A DNA stretch of 32,000 nucleotides, from assembly GCF_000012545.1 (NCBI RefSeq), contig NC_007681.1:1350001-1382000 (forward strand), in the 5' to 3' direction. The translations under genes and the position numbers were made by a program. The notes beneath the pieces are model-generated. The model made no database searches. It worked only from the letters and a program-made list of their open reading frames with translations, and was not told the DNA's origin. Origin of the DNA: Methanosphaera stadtmanae DSM 3091 (GTDB taxonomy: Archaea; Methanobacteriota; Methanobacteria; Methanobacteriales; Methanobacteriaceae). Of this stretch, positions 20,201 to 26,782 are shown piece after piece (within the stretch, counting starts at the first letter, position 1; each line of letters begins with the position of its first letter).

Positions 20201-20400
20201 TCTACATATACCTTATCTGCTGAATCTATATCAGTTTGTATTGTAGCAGGATTACTATTAACTAATATTGTTTCAATATTTTCTTCTCTTAATGATTTAC
20301 ATGCTTGAGATCCAGAATAATCAAATTCAGCTGCTTGTCCAATTTGAATTGGTCCTGAACCAATAATTAATACTTTTTTAATATCTTCATCCTTTGGCAT
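17215..20400 (-). CDS. carB: Carbamoyl-phosphate synthase large subunit (single fused polypeptide)
   Basis: 1061 aa with duplicated ATP-grasp halves ([21 protein letters not shown] and [20 protein letters not shown]) and a C-terminal MGS-like domain. A GGAG SD is present, and carA lies immediately upstream. Confidence 0.97.
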   Translation of the reverse strand: [1061 protein letters not shown]

Positions 20401-20444
20401 TTAACTAACTCCTAAAAAAAATATTTATAAAAATTTTATGATAC

Positions 20445-21527
20445 CTAATAGTTTTTTATTGTTTCAATGAAATCATCAAAGAATTTTTTAGAATCATGTG
20501 GTCCAGGTCCAGCTTCTGGATGGTATTGAATACATGAAATAGGTAAATTTTTATGTCTAATTGCTTCTGGTGTTCCATCATTTAAGTTAATTTGAGTTAT
20601 TTCTAAATCAGTATCTTCAATTGAATCTTCATCAATTGCAAAACTATGATTTTGTGAAGTTATATAAATTTTACCAGTTGCTAAATCTTTAACTGGCTGA
20701 TTTGAACCTCTATGTCCAAATTTCATTTTATATATCTTTGCACCATATGTTAATGCAATGATTTGCTGACCTAAACAAATTCCTGCAACAGGCATTTTCT
20801 GTGCTATTTGTTTTATTGTATCTTGGATTTTATCTACATTTTCTGGATTTCCAGGTCCACTAGATATTAATACTCCATCCACATCTAAATCAAGAATATC
20901 TTGAACAGAAGCAGATGATGGTAAAACAACGACGCCCACATCTTTTTGTACTAAGTTATCCAAAATACTTTTCTTTACCCCACAATCTAAAACAGCAACA
21001 TTGTATTCTTTTCTTTCCTGAATAACTTTTGGTTTTTTAACTGTAATTTCTTCAACCAAATTCATATCTTCAAGACGTGGTTGTTCTTCTACAATTTTAA
21101 GTAATTCTTCATCACTTATATCAACAGTTGCTACTGCAGCTTTCATAGAACCTAATTCCCTGATTTTTAATGTTAATGCACGAGTATCAATATTACTAAT
21201 ACCTGGAACATCAAATTCTTCTAAAAATTCAGATAGTGTTTTTTCAGATTTAGGATGACAAGGTTCTCTACATACCTGTCTTACAATATATGCTTCTACT
21301 TTAATATCATCTGACTGATACCATTCAGATGAAACACCATAATTTCCTTCTAATGGATAAGTCGACATTAATATTTGACCTTTAAAAGATGGGTCAGTTA
21401 ATGATTCAACATATCCTGTCATTGCGGTTGAAAATACAATTTCCCCAGATTTAATGGTTTTAGCACCAAAACCTTCACCTGTAAGAATCGTACCATCCTC
21501 TAACGCTAATTTTGCAGTCCGTACCAC
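20445..21527 (-). CDS. carA: Carbamoyl-phosphate synthase small (glutaminase) subunit
   Basis: 360 aa with the N-terminal AKLALEDGTILTGEGFGA, the nucleophile GICLGQQI and QYHPEA. The start is GTG at 21527, preceded by GGGGT 8 nt upstream. Confidence 0.95.
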   Translation of the reverse strand: MVRTAKLALEDGTILTGEGFGAKTIKSGEIVFSTAMTGYVESLTDPSFKGQILMSTYPLEGNYGVSSEWYQSDDIKVEAYIVRQVCREPCHPKSEKTLSEFLEEFDVPGISNIDTRALTLKIRELGSMKAAVATVDISDEELLKIVEEQPRLEDMNLVEEITVKKPKVIQERKEYNVAVLDCGVKKSILDNLVQKDVGVVVLPSSASVQDILDLDVDGVLISSGPGNPENVDKIQDTIKQIAQKMPVAGICLGQQIIALTYGAKIYKMKFGHRGSNQPVKDLATGKIYITSQNHSFAIDEDSIEDTDLEITQINLNDGTPEAIRHKNLPISCIQYHPEAGPGPHDSKKFFDDFIETIKNY

Positions 21528-21921
21528 TTTTAAACCCCAGTTTATAATTTCAATAACTAATTCTTTAAAATAAATTTAAGAAAAAAATATTTCAAAGTCA
21601 AAAGTTCTTATTAATTAGTTTTTTTCTTGAATAAATAATAGAACATAATTTAAATAAAAAAAATAACCTCTTATTTTCAAATAATACCAACAAATATTAA
21701 TTTAATTAATTAATAGTACTTTATTAAAATTTAATTCAATGATATAATCATGAAAATTAATTTAATTACACTAAAATTGTATAATTAATATTTTAATTAT
21801 TAAATAAAAATATTTAATTATTTAAATCAAGAATTAAAGGAAAATTATTCCTTAATTATTTTTTTATTTTAAAATATTATTCTATCTTAATTCCTAATAT
21901 TAATATATAGTATTCAATAGT

Positions 21922-21929
21922 AAAAAAAA
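21922..21929 (-). terminator. Oligo-T (T8 on minus strand) terminator after the GNAT gene
   Basis: A8 on the plus strand at 21922-21929 gives T8 on the minus strand, 17 nt downstream of the stop at 21946-21948. Confidence 0.4.
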
Positions 21930-21945
21930 GTAACGGTAATATATA

Positions 21946-22389
21946 TTATATACAATCATCATAATTAGAATATTGCATAATAATTGCACTTTCCCCATCA
22001 TTATAATAATCATCCTCTTCATTAATCTTTACAAACCCATTTCTTTTATAAAAATTAATTGCACGAATATTAGACTTACGTACCTCTAAAAAAACCGTGT
22101 TAATATTATTTCTTTTAAAAATAAAACAAGTCTTTTCCAATAGAAGTGAACCCACTTTCATATCTTGATAATTACTATCCACTGCAATAACAATAATATG
22201 ACCTTGACCCTCTTTAATCCAGAAAATAACATATCCTACAATAGTCTGAGCTACTTGTGCTACAAGAAATCCAGCACCGGCATTATATAATTGTAACAAA
22301 ATTCCAACAGGATATGGATCATCAAATGCTTCATACTCAATTCTTACAACATCATCCAAATCAGATAATAAAAAATCACGTATAATCAT
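21946..22389 (-). CDS. rimI: GNAT N-acetyltransferase, RimI-like (protein N-terminal acetyltransferase)
   Basis: 147 aa with IIVIAVDSNYQDMKVGSLLL (GNAT motif A region) and EVRKSNIRAINFYKRNGF, typical of RimI/Ard1-type acetyltransferases. An AGGTGA SD is present. Confidence 0.8.
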   Translation of the reverse strand: MIIRDFLLSDLDDVVRIEYEAFDDPYPVGILLQLYNAGAGFLVAQVAQTIVGYVIFWIKEGQGHIIVIAVDSNYQDMKVGSLLLEKTCFIFKRNNINTVFLEVRKSNIRAINFYKRNGFVKINEEDDYYNDGESAIIMQYSNYDDCI

Positions 22390-22580
22390 AAAACAATCAC
22401 CTATTATAATTCTGAATATATTTAATAATATATAGCTTTATAATTAAGTAATTTCATATTATTTATTATATTAATATAGATTATTCTTTTTATTACTACA
22501 TGAAAAAATAAAGAATAACAATAGATTCTTTTTAAATAAATTCATGTATAAAACAAGATAAAAGCAAGTTATGTGATTAA

Positions 22581-22988
22581 ATGAGTAAAGTATGGGAAAA
22601 TTTTTCAGAGTACATTATAAATAACTATCAAGATAGTAAAAAAATCATTGAAGTAGGTGTGGGTAAAATAACAGAACCTAGTGACATACTAAAAAAACAC
22701 TTACCTAACACAACAATTAATCTAGTGGATATATATCCCTGTAACAGTGATGTTATAAAGGATGATATTACAAACCCAACTGATAAAATCTATGAAGATG
22801 CTGATTTAATCTATTCAATAAGACCTCCTGAAGAATTACAACCTGATATACTTAAATTGTCTGATAAATATAATAGTGATGTTATTATTAAACCATTATT
22901 TACTGAAGAAATTAATTTTAATTTTCAACAAAGATTAAAATTAGTAAATTACAAACGTATGGCTTTTTATATTATGAAAAGAGAGTGA
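22581..22988 (+). CDS. UPF0146-family small Rossmann/SAM-methyltransferase-like protein, function unknown
   Basis: 135 aa. IIEVGVGK is a glycine-rich motif-I-like loop, and LIYSIRPPEEL matches my memory of the archaeal UPF0146 family (MJ0688/MTH1000 type). The gene ends 8 nt before the ATPase start. Confidence 0.6.
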   Translation: MSKVWENFSEYIINNYQDSKKIIEVGVGKITEPSDILKKHLPNTTINLVDIYPCNSDVIKDDITNPTDKIYEDADLIYSIRPPEELQPDILKLSDKYNSDVIIKPLFTEEINFNFQQRLKLVNYKRMAFYIMKRE

Positions 22989-22996
22989 AATAACAT

Positions 22997-25516
22997 ATGA
23001 CATGGGAAAAATTAACAAAATCCGAAGTAATATCGAAATTAAATACAACTGAAAACGGTTTAACTTCAGATAAAGCAACAAAAAACCTTGAAAAATATGG
23101 TAAAAATGCATTGAAAGAAAAAGAAAAAGAAAGTGAATTAAAAAAATTCATCTCACAATTCACAGAACCATTGATGATTCTTCTAATAATTGCAGGCATT
23201 ATTGCTGCAGTTATTGGAGATGGTATAGATTCAGCAGTGATATTTCTAGTTGTTATACTCAATGCTGTGATTGGATACAAACAAGAAAATAAAGCAGAAA
23301 ATGCAATGGAAAAACTAAAATCAATGACAAATAAAACAACCATTGTTTTAAGAGATAATCATAAACAAGAAATTAATGCTGAAGATTTAACTGTTGGTGA
23401 TGCAGTAATACTTGAAGAAGGAGATAGTATTCCAGCAGATTTACGTTTAATAGAAACATATGATATTAAAGTAGATGAATCCTCATTAACTGGAGAATCA
23501 CTACCTGTACATAAGGTGGATTGTGAAGTAACTGATGATTCACATGACAACATGGTGTTTATGAATACACAAGTTGTAAGTGGAAGAGCTAAAGGTCTTG
23601 TTACTTCAATAGGTATGAATACTGAAATTGGAAAAATAGCCTCTATGATTCAAGAAGAGGGAGATAAACAAACACCACTTGAAATTAAGATAGATAAACT
23701 TGGAAAAACTCTTGGATTACTTGCAATCATCATATGTGTAATTATATTTGTACTTGAATTGTTACAAGGACAACCTGTTGCAAACACATTTATGACAGCA
23801 GTATCACTAGCTGTTGCTGCTATTCCTGAAGGATTACCTGCAATATTAACATTAACATTAGCTCTTGGTATGCAAAAAATGGCTAAAAATAATGTTATTA
23901 TTAGAAAATTATTAGCTGTTGAAACTTTAGGTTCTTGTTCTGTAGTATGTACTGATAAAACAGGAACATTAACACATAACAAACTCACAGTTACAGATTC
24001 ATACACTACAGACAAAAATATGGCTTATATTATATCTGGATTATGTAATAATGCTAAAGTTGATAAAGATAAAAATACAAAAATTGGAGATCCAACAGAC
24101 ATATCTGCCCTTGAATATGCTATTAATAACAACTACAGTGATAATATAACACAAACAAGATTACATGAAATACCACTTGATAGTACAAGAAAAAGAATGA
24201 CAACTATAAATAAAATCAATGGAAAAGAATATGTTCTAATAAAAGGTGCACCTGAAATACTTCTTAGTATGTGTAAATATATTAGAAAAGAAGATAAAGT
24301 AAGTGAAATCACAACTGAAGAAATTAAAACAATTGAAAAAATAGAAACTGAGTATACTGATAAAGCACTGCGAGTTCTTCTTCTTGCATACAAAGAGATT
24401 GATGATTATAGTAAATATTCTGCAGAAGAATTGGAAGAAGATTTAGTATTTGTTGGATTAATTGGAATGATGGATCCTCCAAGAAAAGAAGTATTTGATG
24501 CTATAAAAACTTGTACAAATGCTGGTATAACAGTAAAAATGATTACTGGTGACCATAAAAATACTGCTATGGCTATTGGTAAACAAGTAGGAATAGAAAA
24601 TCCTGATAAATCTTTAACAGGACCTGAAATAGATAAATTATCAGATGAGGAATTTATGAAGGTTGTTAAAGATGTAAATATATATGCAAGAGTATTTCCA
24701 GAACAAAAAGTTAGAATTGTTAAAGCACTGAAAACAAATAATGAAATTGTTTCAATGACTGGTGATGGTGTAAATGATGCACCTGCATTAACTACTGCAA
24801 ATATTGGTGTTGCAATGGGTTCAGGTACAGATGTAGCAAAAGAATCAGGGGACATGATACTTCAAGATGATAACTTCTCAACAATAATATATGCAATTAA
24901 AGAAGGACGTACAATATATTCTAATATAAAACGCTTCCTTAAATATCAGTTATCAACAAATATTGCAGCAATAATTACAATATTAACTACTACACTTCTA
25001 TCACTGCCAATACCATTTAATCCTGTGCAACTTCTCTGGATAAATATAATAATGGATGGACCTCCTGCACAATCATTAGGAGTTGAACCTGCTGATGTGA
25101 ATATCATGAATACTCCTCCAAATAATGAGGATATAGTATCTAAGGCAAATTTAATACATATTACATTAATTGGTATAGTAATGACTATTGGAACACTTGG
25201 ATTATATTTATATGAAATGTCAATAGGTTCAAATCATACACTTGCAAGTACAATTGCATTTACTGTATTTGTAATGTATCAATTATTCAATGTATTTAAT
25301 TGTAAATCAAAAAGTAAAGAGAAAAATAACACATTAAAATATGCTGTCATAGGATCATTTATATTACAATTACTAGTAATATACATACCATTCCTACAAA
25401 CCATATTTAAAACAACAGCTATTCCAATTATGTCCTGGATTCCTATAATTATAGTTTCAGCTTTAATTATAGTTGCAGAAAGGATTATTAGATTATTTGA
25501 AAAAAAAGTAATTTAA
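22997..25516 (+). CDS. P-type cation-transporting ATPase, P2A (Ca2+/PacL-like) type
   Basis: 839 aa with the motifs SLTGES (actuator), IPEGLPA in TM4, CTDKTGTLT (phosphorylation site), MITGDH and TGDGVNDAPAL, plus about ten hydrophobic segments. Confidence 0.9.
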   Translation: MTWEKLTKSEVISKLNTTENGLTSDKATKNLEKYGKNALKEKEKESELKKFISQFTEPLMILLIIAGIIAAVIGDGIDSAVIFLVVILNAVIGYKQENKAENAMEKLKSMTNKTTIVLRDNHKQEINAEDLTVGDAVILEEGDSIPADLRLIETYDIKVDESSLTGESLPVHKVDCEVTDDSHDNMVFMNTQVVSGRAKGLVTSIGMNTEIGKIASMIQEEGDKQTPLEIKIDKLGKTLGLLAIIICVIIFVLELLQGQPVANTFMTAVSLAVAAIPEGLPAILTLTLALGMQKMAKNNVIIRKLLAVETLGSCSVVCTDKTGTLTHNKLTVTDSYTTDKNMAYIISGLCNNAKVDKDKNTKIGDPTDISALEYAINNNYSDNITQTRLHEIPLDSTRKRMTTINKINGKEYVLIKGAPEILLSMCKYIRKEDKVSEITTEEIKTIEKIETEYTDKALRVLLLAYKEIDDYSKYSAEELEEDLVFVGLIGMMDPPRKEVFDAIKTCTNAGITVKMITGDHKNTAMAIGKQVGIENPDKSLTGPEIDKLSDEEFMKVVKDVNIYARVFPEQKVRIVKALKTNNEIVSMTGDGVNDAPALTTANIGVAMGSGTDVAKESGDMILQDDNFSTIIYAIKEGRTIYSNIKRFLKYQLSTNIAAIITILTTTLLSLPIPFNPVQLLWINIIMDGPPAQSLGVEPADVNIMNTPPNNEDIVSKANLIHITLIGIVMTIGTLGLYLYEMSIGSNHTLASTIAFTVFVMYQLFNVFNCKSKSKEKNNTLKYAVIGSFILQLLVIYIPFLQTIFKTTAIPIMSWIPIIIVSALIIVAERIIRLFEKKVI

Positions 25517-25537
25517 AATAATTCTTTTATATATTCC

Positions 25538-25544
25538 TTTTTTT
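25538..25544 (+). terminator. Oligo-T (T7) terminator after the P-type ATPase gene
   Basis: A T7 run begins 22 nt after the stop codon at 25514-25516. Confidence 0.4.
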
Positions 25545-25839
25545 AGAAAATTTTTATAAATATCATCAAATATCAATTAATATATCTAAAACTCATTTTT
25601 TTAAGTGTTTATAAAACATTTAGCTATTTTTACATAGCATATTTATTATAATATTGAAGATTTCTTTTTAAACAATAAACTTATTTATCTTATTTCAATA
25701 AAAATTTAAAAAAATATATAAAATTTTTAGTATATTATTTAATAAAAAAAGAATATAATAACAAAATAAGTATATAAATATGATTTTTTGAAAAAAAAGT
25801 ATAGTATAATTCATTAGATTATAATATTGGAGGGAAAAT

Positions 25840-26613
25840 ATGAGATATATGGTGATGTCTGGTACATCTGATTCAACAAAAGTTATTAAGTTTTTAAGGG
25901 AAGATAAAAATAATTATATTCTTGCTACAACTGTCACAGATTATGGTTCAGAAATAGCAAAATCTGCAGGGGCAGATGAAGTTATATCAAAAGCTTTGAA
26001 AGAAGAAGATTTTATAAATGTAATTAAAGAAAAAAATATAGACACCTTAATTGATGCTACCCATCCTTTTGCAGCAGTAGCAACAGAAACTGCAATTGAA
26101 AGTTGTGAAAAAGCTAGAATAAATTATATTAGATATGAACGAGCTTCAACAATCTTACCTGACTCAGATTTAATATACAAAGTACCTTCATTTTCCAAAG
26201 GTGCTCTAAAAGCTAAAGAATTATTAAAAGAAAAAAATGATAAGTTAATGCATTTAGCTGGAGTTATGACACTTCATGAAATAGTAAAAGAAGTTAATCC
26301 ACAACAAGTTATTGCAAGAGTTCTTCCAAATACATTTAGTATTACAAAAACCCAAAAAAATGGTATTCCTGCAGAAAATATCATTGCAATGCAGGGCACA
26401 TTCTCTAAAGAATTTAATATTAGTCTTATGAAAGAATATTCAGTTAGTGCAATAATAACCAAAGAAAGTGGTGAAAGTGGTGGTGCTGAAGAAAAAATCA
26501 ATGCTGCTCTTGAATTAAATATACCTGTAATATTAGTTACAAGACCAATTGTTAAAAAATTAGAAAACCATACTATAGTTAGATCTATATATGAATTGAA
26601 AAAAAATATTTAA
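25840..26613 (+). CDS. cbiJ: Cobalt-precorrin-6A reductase
   Basis: 257 aa with SGTSDS near the N-terminus, LIDATHPFA, and ITKESGESGGAEEKINAALELNIPVILVTRP, all CbiJ/CobK signatures. A GGAGGG SD lies 5 nt before the ATG. Confidence 0.82.
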   Translation: MRYMVMSGTSDSTKVIKFLREDKNNYILATTVTDYGSEIAKSAGADEVISKALKEEDFINVIKEKNIDTLIDATHPFAAVATETAIESCEKARINYIRYERASTILPDSDLIYKVPSFSKGALKAKELLKEKNDKLMHLAGVMTLHEIVKEVNPQQVIARVLPNTFSITKTQKNGIPAENIIAMQGTFSKEFNISLMKEYSVSAIITKESGESGGAEEKINAALELNIPVILVTRPIVKKLENHTIVRSIYELKKNI

Positions 26614-26617
26614 AAAC

Positions 26618-26642
26618 TTTTTTTCTTAATTAAATTTTTTTT
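26618..26642 (+). terminator. Oligo-T terminator after cbiJ (T7 and T8 runs)
   Basis: T7 at 26618-26624 and T8 at 26635-26642 follow directly after the cbiJ stop (26611-26613). Confidence 0.5.
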
Positions 26643-26685
26643 AAAATAAAAAAATAAGCATTTTATTTTGGTGGTTAAAGTAAAA

Positions 26686-26749
26686 ATAGCCTCAGATCGC
26701 CCATCATTCATCATTTATTCAGAGCTCATAGGGTTCATCATTGGCTACT
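26686..26749 (-). ncRNA. Box C/D sRNA (dual-guide 2'-O-methylation guide RNA)
   Basis: The minus strand reads AGUAGCC-A-AUGAUGA (C, 26741..26735)-ACCCUAUGAGCU (12 nt)-CUGA (D', 26722..26719)-AUAA-AUGAUGA (C', 26714..26708)-AUGAUGGGCGAU (12 nt)-CUGA (D, 26695..26692)-GGCUAU, then a U-tract. All four boxes are consensus and both spacers are exactly 12 nt. UAGCC/GGCUA forms the terminal stem. No ORF covers the region, and it is the only G+C-enriched non-coding island in the window. Confidence 0.85.
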
Positions 26750-26782
26750 TTTTTTATTAATTTATCTGAGCTTCCTATTAGT

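Noticed and set aside
21696-21820. There are repeated A/T motifs upstream of carA. ATTAATTTAATTA occurs twice (21696-21708 and 21756-21768). TTTAATTA occurs four times (21701, 21761, 21792, 21813), with a one-mismatch copy TTTAATTC at 21730, giving spacings of ~29-31 bp between the first four of these five sites. I considered regulator binding sites, or an origin-like element.
   Set aside because: The region is almost pure A/T. A back-of-envelope estimate (match probability ~0.5 per position, ~87,000 position pairs) predicts several chance 13-mer repeats in 418 bp, so this is not significant. No orc1/cdc6 gene or ORB-like G-containing repeats are present, which argues against an origin.
22972-24855. 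A chain of five long antisense ORFs (123, 64, 121, 86 and 149 aa) on the minus strand covers most of the P-type ATPase gene.
   Set aside because: They lie exactly antisense to a gene with unmistakable P-type ATPase motifs. Their products are Ser/Ile/Val/Phe-rich low-information sequences without SDs or recognisable motifs. An open antisense frame opposite a long gene is a known artefact of codon periodicity.
25517-25839. I considered a cobalamin riboswitch or other leader element in the 323-bp spacer upstream of cbiJ.
   Set aside because: The spacer is A/T-only, with no G+C-rich paired regions and nothing resembling a B12 box. Riboswitches are also rare in archaea.
26660-26750. I initially considered the G+C-enriched island to be a tRNA or tRNA fragment.
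   Set aside because: It has no acceptor/T-arm pairing and no GTTC-type T-loop. The sequence instead resolves cleanly into C, D', C' and D boxes with 12-nt spacers, as reported for the box C/D sRNA.
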